Shown: piece after piece, positions 13,101 to 23,818 of the stretch
Layout of the letters: each line of letters begins with the position of its first letter
Numbering within the stretch: the stretch's first letter is position 1
From: Tubulanus polymorphus
Lineage: Eukaryota; Animalia; Nemertea
DNA length: 64,000 nucleotides
Reading direction: 5' to 3'
NCBI RefSeq assembly: GCF_964204645.1
Contig: NC_134027.1
Coordinates: forward strand, 18,128,560 to 18,192,559
Program-made: the position numbers and the translations under genes
Notes under the pieces: model-generated
Seen by the model: only the letters and a program-made list of their open reading frames with translations
Told to the model about the DNA's origin: nothing
Databases searched by the model: none

Positions 13101-14751
13101 ACTTAATGGATACCAAAAATGATAGCATTTTCTCGGTCAGTAGTACTGAGTTAAAGGTCATGTACTTCTTTAGTAAAGATAAATTGAGTCAACTCGTTTC
13201 TGAAACTAAGGAAGATCATACTCTGCAATTGTTAATAGATAATATAGCCACTGGCTGGCCAGACAATAAGTCGTATATCAAACTGGAGTTAGTTCCGTAC
13301 TGGGAGTTTAGAGAAGAAATAGCATACTTAGATGGGCTTGTATTTAGGGGGAATCGTATTATAATTCCAGTATCAATGAGAAAATCGATGTAAAATATCA
13401 CACACGAGAGCCATCTAGGAATTGTTAAATGTAAAGAGTTTGCTCGGGACCTAGTATATTGGGCCTCAATTAGTAAACAAATAGAGGATGTCATATCAAA
13501 ATGCGGTTTGTGTCAAGAACACAAAATATCAAAATGCGGTTTGTGTCAAGAACACAAAGTATCTCAACAGAAGGAGCCTCTGATTCCATCTGTGGTCCCT
13601 TCAGGTCCCTGGCATACTGTAGCTGAAGACTTGTTCACCTTCAAAGGTACAAAATATCTAATCATTGGAGACTACTGTAGCAACTTCTTTGATTTTGAAG
13701 AACTGCAAGATACTAGGGCTCAAGCGGTGAACAAACAAAATAAGAAGTGGTTTTCTGTACATGGTATACCTGTTGTACTAAAGAGTGATGATGGACCACC
13801 TTTCGGATCTAATGAGTTTAAATTGTTTCTTAATGAGTATGGTATTACACCTGATCCAGTCTCACCTAAACATAGTCAAGGTAATGGCTTAGTAGAAAGG
13901 TATGTGGACATTGCTAAAAATATTCTTAAGAAATGTAAAGACCCGTATCTTGGTTTATTGAATTATCGTAATACACCTAGAGACAAGGATGTAGGATCAC
14001 CAGCGCAAAGATTATTTGGTCGTAGAACTAGAACTAGGTTACTTGTACCACATAGTCAGAATCCAGAGTTTGTTAAACAGAAAATGACTGATGATGGGAA
14101 TAAGTCTAAAATGTATTATGATCGGACTTTAACATTTAGCCCCTGGTGATAGTGTAAGATTTAGAGATGGTAACACTTGGAAACCAGTATTATTACTTCC
14201 CCCGGATCAACAACCTGTGCTACCTAGGTCTTATAATGTATTGTCACCTGCTGGTAATGTCATTAGGAGAAACAGAAAAGATTTATTGCAGACTAAGGAA
14301 TCTGATATTTATAGACCTGAAACGGTTGAGTTGGGTTACTGATGCTAATGTTATTCCTAATGCCCCAATACATGTACCTCCCAACCCTGTGCCTAATGGA
14401 AATGTAACGGTAACAAGATCAGGAAGAGTTTCAAAACCTCCTTTAGATGATTACGTAAGCTAATTAGTTGTCATGACTGAATTTAGTTGTTTATAATAAC
14501 CCATAATTGAAGGATAAAGTTACAGAGTAGTGTCGTTTAGCATGCATTTTCAATTTTAATGTCATTTTGGAGAAATTTCATCTCGTTTTGTAGTTTAGTA
14601 GCAAAATCTAAATTTGTGTAGTGTCAAATTTTATTAAAGAGAGGGTGTTATGTATTATGATGTACTGTACTTAAGCGCCACCTGTGAAGGGTATTATACA
14701 AATGGCGACTTGATCGTTATTGTTATGGATCTGTCCCGTCTAAACAAAACA
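10123..14751 (+). mobile_element. Decayed Ty3/gypsy LTR retrotransposon (Mag-like)
   Basis: TG..CA LTRs at 10123-10235 and 14646-14751, 5-bp TSD GTAAT, PBS TGGTGTCAGAA at 10236 (tRNA-Leu-like), PPT AAAGAGAGGG, and a fragmented gag-PR-RT-RH-IN. Confidence 0.92.
10284..14463 (+). pseudogene. gag-pol pseudogene of the Mag-like element
   Basis: MEGLKPP gag start, IDSGAD protease, RLPMGISSAPEIFQ RT, CDASKDG/ETDH RNase H, GPPF..GLVER integrase, terminal TRSGRVSKPP. Many stops and frameshifts. Confidence 0.9.
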
Positions 14752-15583
14752 GTAATTAGTCATAAACTTTCAAATTCAAGTAGTTGAAAACGTAAAGCAA
14801 ACCTTCAGCAGGGCAGAGGACTGGACCGAAGATCTAAAAAACGAAATTGGTAGAATTATGGTGTAAGCGGCCAACTTTATATAATGTCGCTAGCACGTTG
14901 TATTCAAAACAGATTCAGAAAGATCAAAGTCTTAAAGAAATAGCTTTTCTAATAGAAATATATTTCCCAATAATTCAAAATTTTTCAAATTTTTCTCAAA
15001 ATGCTTATCACGTGACCATTTAAGCCGTTGCAGTTGCTAGTAATCGCAACCAACATAAGCAGGGAAGCAACTGGGAGGATCTCGTATCCCGCTAGTTGGC
15101 CCCAGTTGCCGCGAATCAGAACGCAGTCGACATAAGCTGGAGTCGGTACGCGTCGCATTGCTTGTCGTCATAAGCCAGCCTTAACAGCTATTTCAGATTA
15201 TTACAACCATTAGGGAATTACATTGAATTAGGCCTACAGAATTACAAAATTACATGAGAAAACTGAAGAATGTCTGATTTTCTTCAGTAATGAAATATTC
15301 AGTTATTACACCTATTAGACCCACACATTATAACACCCTACAGGGAATAAGCCCTACAGTGAATTACAGATTTATGCAAAACATTTCAATCCATGGTACG
15401 CATATTAAATGACCTAGGCCTACTGATGGGCCTTATATGCATTGCATCTAACTATATAACTTATGCTAAATGAAGCCAAGAATATTATCATGTAATATGA
15501 AAAAAAAGTTAATTTTGTGACCCCGTTTTACACAGGGACTTGACACAAAAGGATTTTGACCCCAGTATCCAGTTGTATCCTAG

Positions 15584-16631
15584 CCCAGCTAACAAAAAAA
15601 CCTTCAAAGAACGTTTTCTAAAAGTTTTTCACTATCGTCTTAACGTTAATGTTGAACGTTCGTGCAACGTTTGTAGAACGTTTTTTTGTAAATGTATTTT
15701 AAGGTTCACAGAACGTTTTTGATAACGTTGACTGAACGTTACTTCACAACCTCTCAGCAACCATTGAGCTTGATAAAAACGTTCCAATAACGTTCGTATG
15801 ACGTTACATTATAACCATGATGTCCTCTTTCATGAGCTCGAATAAATCCCTTTCAACTAACTAATATTTGAATTATTTTACCTAACTTTTATTTTGTAAC
15901 TACGTATATATACATGTATAATATCGAAATTATTCACTCGTAAGTTAATTCTCCAGTGCACCAGTCGTCGTCGTTACAGCGTAGCTGGCAGCCTTTGTGA
16001 TTCCTAAAATAAAAAGGAAATAATATAGAAACTTTTATTTTCATAGTTGTGTTAAGCCTTGAAGTTCATTTCATCCATACATACAGGGATTGTTATGCTT
16101 GTTATTGGAGAACAACAGTTAGGTCATTTCATTGATATAAAACCCGCCGAAAAGGTCTCTAACGTGGGTTTCTACATAAAAGATTGTTTCGAAAAAATTT
16201 TATCAGTATTTTTCCATAGGCCTATATTGAAAGTATCAAAATTTGTGGATTGAATAACGTACCTTAGTAAATAAACGATTTTTAAATCCCTTAAACACGC
16301 CGCTTAAAGCTGATTGCTGAACAATGGCAAACACTTCCTGTTTTGATATGTCACGGTATCCATTGGTTTTGAATCCCATATTTTTCTTTACTCCCGAAAG
16401 TTTGAATCTTGCTTTCCAATGGTATTAAAACGTAGGAATCCACGTCGGGATTTGCTTAAAACGGGCTATATTGATGATATCTGACTTAACTAATAATTTG
16501 CTGCAGGCTCTTGGATGACAACGTTTAGAAAACCTTCAGAAAACGTTATGGCCTGAATGTTACATTATAAACTATCACACAACTTTCACGAATGTTTCCG
16601 AATGTTGTATGAACGTTGTGTGCTAGCAGGG
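15584..16631. mobile_element. EnSpm/CACTA-like non-autonomous element
   Basis: CCCAGCTAACA / TGCTAGCAGGG termini, 2-bp TSD AG, many subterminal AACGTT motifs at both ends. Confidence 0.7.
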
Positions 16632-17054
16632 AGATATAGGCCTATATAAAAATATATACAGTCATGAGTCAACCTGGGTTAATACGTATCACTAGGGACT
16701 GAGCTTTTTAGTAGGGATTAAGTGATATAGGCCCCTATGGATAACATATAATACGTAATTGATACGAATTAACTATTACCCGTATAACCTATGATTTAAG
16801 TGCACAATCTGTATAGGCCTAGGCCTAGGCCTAATAGCTGGTTTAGTTATCTCTCAAACCGTGGACGACTACTACAGTAGAACTACATTCTAACGATCCA
16901 TTTGCCACGGGGGGATAAAATGTTCATAGTAGGCCTATCCGATGGTTCATTAGATCCATTTGATATCATTTAAGCCTATACATGAAAAGAAAACGACCCC
17001 TGGTGTGATGAAACACAAACCAACTGGTTTCAGAAATAGTAGACTATTTGAAGC

Positions 17055-17654
17055 TGTTGTGGGGGTCCTCTTTCCCAGTGTCCGGGTGACGTGTGTTGAC
17101 CACCTGCGTTGTTTGCGTTTCACCAGCGTAGTTCCTTGGGGTTCTTCTCATAAATTAACTACAACTAGCTTCTTCTATCGATCCAGATCTTTATTCTTAT
17201 ACTCTCTTCTTACAATCTTCCTAGCACGTCCCCTCTAGTTCTAACCACTAGCTCAACCGACCCAGCTCTACCGACCAAGCTTTCGACCCCACTGCATTAA
17301 AACCCTCCCTTTTTATACTTATTCTTCCTTCGCTCGTGACGTATATTTCCACACCGCTTGGCCTCATCGCCAGAGACGTCTTATTCTATTACTACAGTCC
17401 TACTGGCCATGTAAATCATTTCTACGTGTGTTATACGTCACGAGCGCTAAATTTATAACTCAACTTTCCAGAGCTCAAGGCTGCTGCTATAACAAGCTTT
17501 CCCACGTAGACACCCACGTCACTCTCACCTATCTTCTATGCTTCTCTCTTATGTGTGACGTAAGTATTCACGTAGGTCGCCTGCTAACCGCAACTACTGC
17601 CTTGAACTCCGGCTTATTTCCCACTGTCTAAATAGGTAATTTATTACTCCAATA
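17055..17654 (-). repeat. 3' LTR
   Basis: Matches 28993-29592 apart from one base seen (17058 T vs 28996 G). Preceded on the minus strand by the PPT GGAAAGGGGGATGG (17655-17668). Confidence 0.96.
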
Positions 17655-18659
17655 CCATCCCCCTTTCCAGACGATTGGACCCCCAATCGCCAAAAAAATA
17701 CTGAAGCCCGTTTGCACTTCCAAAGATTTTTTTAAGAGCCGTAGCTAGCAATAGTGCAAAATCAGTACCCCTTACTTCCATAAACAACTTTTTCTTTTTT
17801 GTTTTTCTTTTTTTTAAACAACTTTCACCTCTTGAACTTCACCGTAAGGCAATAAAAATGGTGCTTTATGATAAATGATAGAACAATCTTGCAACTGACG
17901 CACATAAATTTTTAACATCTGGATGGTAGAGAGAGAAAAAAAAACCCATTATTTTTTCCTGACCAGCAACAATAACAGTACACCTGGCCAAAAAGTCACC
18001 CTTGATACTGAGTAAAATCCCCATCTCTGAAACATTCTACTTCCATCCGCCATAAAGACTAAACCCTCATTACCATCCGGATTATCATTCACAATGGACC
18101 CGATAGAGTTTTTCGGTAAGCAACTTATTTTGAATACTTATAAACTAACACACCAACCATTTTGTACAGTTTTATCATTACATGCGATAATACATTATGC
18201 GCCACTCTTGCACTTTGTTATTTTAAACGGTCACATCGCCCCTGATAAGATCTATTACCCCATGCGCTATTTCTAAAAATGTGAACAATATAATACCAGA
18301 AAAACCTTGAATTTTAACAATGTTAGTCATGTAACTATAATTACTAATTGTAAAAACGTTAATTGCACTTCAGTCCATTTCATTACCGTTGTATTATATT
18401 ATGCAACAATACTTTTATATATACAATCCCTTTTTGGTTTACCTTTGTCAGCGATATGATGTTGGCATTGAGCCAATTCATGTAAAATCGCGGTACGTTT
18501 TTTTATGTGAGCATTTGTTTCATTGGTTCTCGGCTTAAACGACGTATAATCGATGCGATTGAAGACATGGCGAACCTCCGTCGATGACATGGTCAACTGA
18601 GTTAAAATTCTACGAAAAACTGTTTTTGGCGGGAAAATTCTTAGCTCTTACGTATAAAA

Positions 18660-19568
18660 TTGCAATGACCTCGATTGGGGGGGCGTTGTCTCTACGAGAA
18701 AATGTGATTGGCTGTTTTTGGGATTTACGGGGAATTCCGGCGCTACTAAAATAATTATGGGAAAGCCATGGAATGGCAAACGTTTCATTGGACTAGGTGC
18801 CGTATATGTGCGAATTTCAAATGCTCATTGCTGGTGATAATGTAATTATTATTCGCCATAGGTATTGTTTCATTTTAATACCCGGTGATTGATTTGATTG
18901 ACATTGAAGTGCAGCGAACATTCACTTACACAAGGCCTCCACGTGTGCGCGGAAATCATAAGAAGATTAGACTGTTGCGCACACAAACACACGCGCGTAC
19001 AGTATACACTACTATAGTGATACTGTAACGCTGCTTGCTGGCGCATTTGACATTTAATCAGCAGAAGATGAGCGCTGTGTTTTCTGTTTGATAGAATTTG
19101 TAATAAATTGTTATTTCTTGTGATCTGAAAATACTAAGCAGCAAACTATAGGTATAGGTCGAGGTCTGAATATTGAAGTGGTGAATTCCAGGATTTAAAA
19201 CGATCTAATACGCCGATTTCTTACTGCACCGGTATTTTAGCTTCCGCGGCCATACATGCAGCCACCCTCTGATATGTGACATCATATGAATTTCATTTGA
19301 ATATTTTTTCATATTATGAAAATTATTTCTTTGAAAATATAAAATAGTTTCCATGCCGCGCCTACCTGTACCCTATGAAATTTTTGGTGGGGACCGTAAA
19401 CAAATGTATATCTTTGGTCTTTTGACTACAAAATAATCCTTTAAGAAAGATATTTAAACTTGTAGAACTTTGAAGTCACGAATTAAAAAGATTTTTCAAG
19501 CAATGCCCTTACCCCAAACAACCTCTAGCTTTCAAGGTAAACCACACTTTGCCCATGGGCAATTTATT
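18660..19568. repeat. Fragment of a host interspersed repeat inside the provirus
   Basis: Diverged matches to ~31825-32897 and ~51672-52215, e.g. GCAGAAGATGAGCG(C/T)TGTGTTTTCTGTTTGATAGAATTTGTAATA in all three. Confidence 0.8.
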
Positions 19569-19743
19569 TTTTTTTCTTTCTTTGTTTTTTTTTTTTTTTA
19601 TTTTTTTTTTTAATCAGCACTACCAAGGTACTGTACGGCAACGTACGAATACCGTGCTTCAAAGCATGAAGTATATAAAATTAGAAACCTCAAAATTAAC
19701 AACATATATATCTCATCCTGTCATATTTTGTTTTTCATATCAG

Positions 19744-20693
19744 CCTCACTGGTCCTACACATGCTGTATGGCTTTATTCTAGCACAGCCCGGTAAGACTT
19801 CTTAATTCATTTTATGTACCAAAAAAAAACAATTTATAACTGCTTTTTCTAATATACTTTTGCAACGCAGGCAACCGACAACAATTATTAAACATAATTC
19901 GGGCTGCCACCGACGACCTACGCGCCGCGTTTTCAGGTATACATTATATATATCCCTCTTCACAACCATAGTTCATACGTATTTATTTATTCATTGCGTA
20001 TACCATTAGTTATATGTTCTAATGCTAATAATTATACTATGGCAACGCCACGAACACAATTCCACATGTTACCTCTATATATATTGTCTATTTACGCAGG
20101 GCTCCCAGTTCCATCCACCCCATCCCCAACACGAGGGCAACATACGGCGCGGCAAAGGGGCACGGGAAGGGGGCAACCAAGCGGCGGCACCCTCCGCATG
20201 CATCCCTATTCCCGTCGTACTAACGCGCCCACAGACCAGAGCGTGGACCCCTCGCCCTCCGGTCTGGGGCCACAACCTCCACCCTATAACCGCATGTCCC
20301 CATCCCACAGTACCTCTTCTCCCAACCCAACTCCTTTTCTCGACCTTTCTCAGCACCCCTTCCTATCACTTGGAGCTCCCGATTCCCCTCCTGTACCTGA
20401 TTCCCCCCTCTTACCTGGTCCCCATTCCCGATATCCGATCCTTCACATCCCTGATACCCCTGCTAGCCCTTCTGCAAGCAGCACCTCCAGCTCCCTGCCG
20501 TCGCTGGCTAGCTACTTCCCACCTCCTTCACCTACAAATTCCAGTGGCAGCGAACCCGGTAAGAATTTTATAAAATATACAAGCAAATATAACAAATTCG
20601 TATTTCAGTCCGAGAAATTACAATATGAACCATATGGGAATTAAAAAAAACTCATGCAAATACAAATCCTATATTTCAGAACGAGAAGAATGA
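19744..20693 (+). CDS. Putative spliced antisense accessory gene of the provirus (Pro/Ser-rich, PY-NLS-like); 5' exons uncertain
   Basis: Exons 19744-19791, 19871-19936 and 20100-20558, then 20609-20628 or 20680-20693. Each has a CAG acceptor and a G|GT donor, all phase 1, and they join into one open frame. Confidence 0.62.
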
Positions 20694-21249
20694 CCAGATC
20701 TATTTACACTCACTGGAGTTCGTTTCTTTTTATACCACATTTAGTATGATAATACAAATTTAGTTAGATACAAAACCACCAACTTCTCTTCCCCTTTTTT
20801 TTGGAAGTAAGCATTATTAAAACAGTATACACCGAAAGTTTCCCTTTTTTATTATGTTCCTCTCCCTTTCCATACACTGACCGCCTCGATCTTTAACCGT
20901 TTAAGATGGTTTGTCCAACCTGTCCCGACTCCAATCAACGACGTAAATTAATACTGATGCCAAGTACATCATTTAGTTGATTATCGTGTGCCCAGCACAT
21001 GTTGGCAACAGACAGCTTCAACAATTAATGAATAATTCCATAATAATTTTCTAAGTGCATTTTATAAAGATGAGCCGAAATTTATGCAAAAATGGATATA
21101 CTGATCAGATACATCCGAATCGCCGAGATGTCAGCCGCTAGTCCCCACCCATTGCCTCAGAAAGCAAATTCATCCGTAGTCTAGGCAGGGATAACATGTA
21201 CTGCTATTTGTGGCGAAGAGTCGTTATAGACAGGCTGGCCGCCATATCT

Positions 21250-22008
21250 CTATGGGAGGTCGTCACTCATTAAGACTGCATCCCGCTGATGCACCATCCA
21301 AAATTTAGTAAAAATTTCCCCACTACACAATCTCCTTAGCGGCTTATTGAAAAGCCGACTGGCGTAAATTGTTTTAATGAAGCAGTTCGTGCAAGGGGTA
21401 TTTTTATCATATGTAACATTGATTGCAACCAACGGTCCGTATGTTTTGATCTTAATCTCTGCCAACGGCTGGACGGCCTTGACTTCCTCCCATAAATGAG
21501 GAGATACGAACCCTAAATGTAAAACAGCCGACGCCCCATCATGATTATAAACTTCGGCTAAGACCTCTGCAGACAGCCTAGGAGAGGAACATGACGCTAA
21601 TGATATATGCCACCGACGTCTACTCATAAACCGCCACCCGTCAGTAAAAAAATACCGCAGTGTCGAGTATACGACCATACCTACAACTGCCCATTCAATT
21701 ATAGCCTCCCAATCTAACAAGGTTTCCGATGCCTTCCTAATCGCAGACAAGTCAATATCCAACTGTTCGTGAATTATGTCCAAATTCCCTGCCTCTACAC
21801 TTTTAACCATTGTTAAAGCGGTCCCTGCCGCCGCCCATGCCTTATATCGTTTGCATAAAACCGCCGATACTATTATTGCCACAATTACTAACGAAATCAG
21901 AATATAACCACCGATTTTCAAAGAACTATGTGTCCCCCTAATTTCTGACCTTAAATAATCGGACCTACTTGTATACGCTATCTTGTCACTGCTTATAGCC
22001 TGCGCCAA
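21250..22008 (-). CDS. Env C-terminal part (TM anchor plus extra membrane module), -1 frame relative to the ectodomain
   Basis: TM segment IGGYILISLVIVAIIVSAVLC then KRYK; second signal-like segment AWAAAGTALTMVKSVEA; third hydrophobic segment IIEWAVVGMVVYSTL. Confidence 0.8.
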   Translation of the reverse strand: MAQAISSDKIAYTSRSDYLRSEIRGTHSSLKIGGYILISLVIVAIIVSAVLCKRYKAWAAAGTALTMVKSVEAGNLDIIHEQLDIDLSAIRKASETLLDWEAIIEWAVVGMVVYSTLRYFFTDGWRFMSRRRWHISLASCSSPRLSAEVLAEVYNHDGASAVLHLGFVSPHLWEEVKAVQPLAEIKIKTYGPLVAINVTYDKNTPCTNCFIKTIYASRLFNKPLRRLCSGEIFTKFWMVHQRDAVLMSDDLP

Positions 22009-23678
22009 TTTTTTAAATCCGCTTCCTTAGCGTTTTCAGCCCGTATCACATTATCCCATTCATGTCCTTCTATATTAAAATCAGGCAGTGTGGTACGCGG
22101 AATTTTAGAATATAATACCTCTGTTTGCATATTATCAATATCATCCTCTTTACCCAAAAGTAATGCCGCCGGTATGTTAACGGGATATAATCGAGTTATT
22201 CTATCATGACCTTTTTCACAATTTGTTAAAGTCGGCGAAAGCGTAAAGTATTTCGAATTCAACCCACAATGACATTGCAAGGTGACAACACAAAAATCAC
22301 AGACCGGAACCCTAATTGGTGGATCCAGTCCACATTGGGAAATCCAATCATCTCGCTTGTCGTGAATGGATATCAAATATTTATTGGTGGTCAACAGGAC
22401 CGCCTGAGACAGAGGCGCCACGGAAGTATATGTCAGATCACACTGCCCAATTAGATCCTTAGGATTATCAAAGAAAAGTGCAGACGCGCATGATTTTTGT
22501 GTTCGAGTATAGATAGGTAATCCATCTGCACAATTCTGTATATAACGTCCTTGGCAAAGCGAATAAGTGGCTTCATCAATCAACACGTAAGTTTGCAAAT
22601 TCTTACTAACGCCAAAGAAGCGTGGGAGGTTAATTATTTTTGTATACACCGTAGCGGTTGCATTAACCGGAAGGTGAAAAGATAATATATTATACAAACG
22701 AAAATGCGTATTTTTTGCTTGTATTGGGATCTGCATATGAACCACTATATATTCACGAGTCCTGACAGTAAACGTTCGCGCGTGCGAATAATAATAACTC
22801 GGGGTTTGATGTGCCAGCTCAAACATGGGGTAAAAATTCTTCAATGTAACGCGAATTTGTGATAAGATTTCCTGGAGACTTGTTACCGGAATTAACTCTA
22901 CAGGTAGTCTATTTGATAGTAAAACGTTAGTGGAGCGCAACCACGCGGCCATGTGGCTGCTGATAGCCTCAATAACATCCCCATAATTAATGGAATACCG
23001 CACTACGTATGATAGTGCATGTACCCTTGCCTGTAAACGAGCCTGATTCATAGTATTATTTACAACGAATTCCGAAAGTTTTGACATATAATCTCTGTTT
23101 TGTCGTACTAGAGACTTGACTAACTTAAATCTAGAATCTGTTACGTTGGCAAAGCTAGTTAACCGTTCTTGTAACTGGACAATAGCTTTATGATCTAATT
23201 TTTGTAATGCATCAAACTTATTCATATGTCTTTCCACTATTTGTAACTGCTCAGTAGTGGCGACCCCAAAAATCAAACTGGCGACATCTCCGATGAATGA
23301 TAGTGGTGTTCGTTTCATACGGCCTTCTCTTCTTGTACTCGGAATTTCAACAGGTAATAATGATTCAATCATACGCCTGGAACTGTTAAATTTTTGATCA
23401 GCTCGGATTTTACGCAAACGCATTAGGCGAAACATTTTCTCTATTTGTCGGCATTCGGCATTGGGCATTCCACACGTCATATTAGGAATTGTCATCGAAA
23501 ACCGGGAAACATCTACTAAAGGAATCATAACACTATGTTCCCATTTTGTTGCTGCTACATTTATCTCGTCAACTGGCTGGAACACTACTCCAGCCCCCAT
23601 CCGTAGCTCTGCATCCCATGCAGCCATTGGTCCTATCCACGACCAAATCATAACGATATGAACTATACTCCGAACCAT
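21993..23678 (-). CDS. env: Envelope glycoprotein ectodomain (class I fusion, baculovirus-F/errantivirus-like)
   Basis: Signal peptide, furin site RMKR followed by fusion-peptide-like TPLSFIGDVASLIFGVAT, heptad region, Cys-rich C-terminal block, N-glycosylation sequons, Kozak ACCATGG. Confidence 0.88.
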   Translation of the reverse strand: MVRSIVHIVMIWSWIGPMAAWDAELRMGAGVVFQPVDEINVAATKWEHSVMIPLVDVSRFSMTIPNMTCGMPNAECRQIEKMFRLMRLRKIRADQKFNSSRRMIESLLPVEIPSTRREGRMKRTPLSFIGDVASLIFGVATTEQLQIVERHMNKFDALQKLDHKAIVQLQERLTSFANVTDSRFKLVKSLVRQNRDYMSKLSEFVVNNTMNQARLQARVHALSYVVRYSINYGDVIEAISSHMAAWLRSTNVLLSNRLPVELIPVTSLQEILSQIRVTLKNFYPMFELAHQTPSYYYSHARTFTVRTREYIVVHMQIPIQAKNTHFRLYNILSFHLPVNATATVYTKIINLPRFFGVSKNLQTYVLIDEATYSLCQGRYIQNCADGLPIYTRTQKSCASALFFDNPKDLIGQCDLTYTSVAPLSQAVLLTTNKYLISIHDKRDDWISQCGLDPPIRVPVCDFCVVTLQCHCGLNSKYFTLSPTLTNCEKGHDRITRLYPVNIPAALLLGKEDDIDNMQTEVLYSKIPRTTLPDFNIEGHEWDNVIRAENAKEADLKNWRRL

Positions 23679-23818
23679 GGTTCCTAAAACAACATTTTAA
23701 ATCATAACTTCTTGATTTCCTAACAATTTCTTAAAACACAGCAACTTTATACTCATACTCATTTCTCCTATTATCCTTAATTAATTTCGCAACAACTGTT
23801 GGGTGCGTGGCAAATATC

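Larger units (their letters stand above)
9795..15181. mobile_element. PIF/Harbinger-type MITE split by a gypsy insertion
   Basis: ~40-bp TIRs (AGGCTGGCTTATGTCGACAAGCAACGCGACGC.. / ..GCGTCGCATTGCTTGTCGTCATAAGCCAGCCT) flanked by TAA TSD at 9792-9794 and 15182-15184. Confidence 0.8.

Noticed and set aside
13493-13560. Duplicated CxxC in the Mag-like integrase as a novel zinc finger
   Set aside because: A simple 33-bp tandem duplication in an already dead element.
16960-17631. Short ORFs in the LTRs (repeated at 28994-29569)
   Set aside because: Non-ATG starts and no recognisable motifs; they are identical only because the LTRs are.
19994-20644. Unspliced 216-aa ORF as the real protein
   Set aside because: It starts at TTG in AT-rich intron-like sequence, and both ends lie outside strong splice sites. 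Only 20100-20558 looks exonic.
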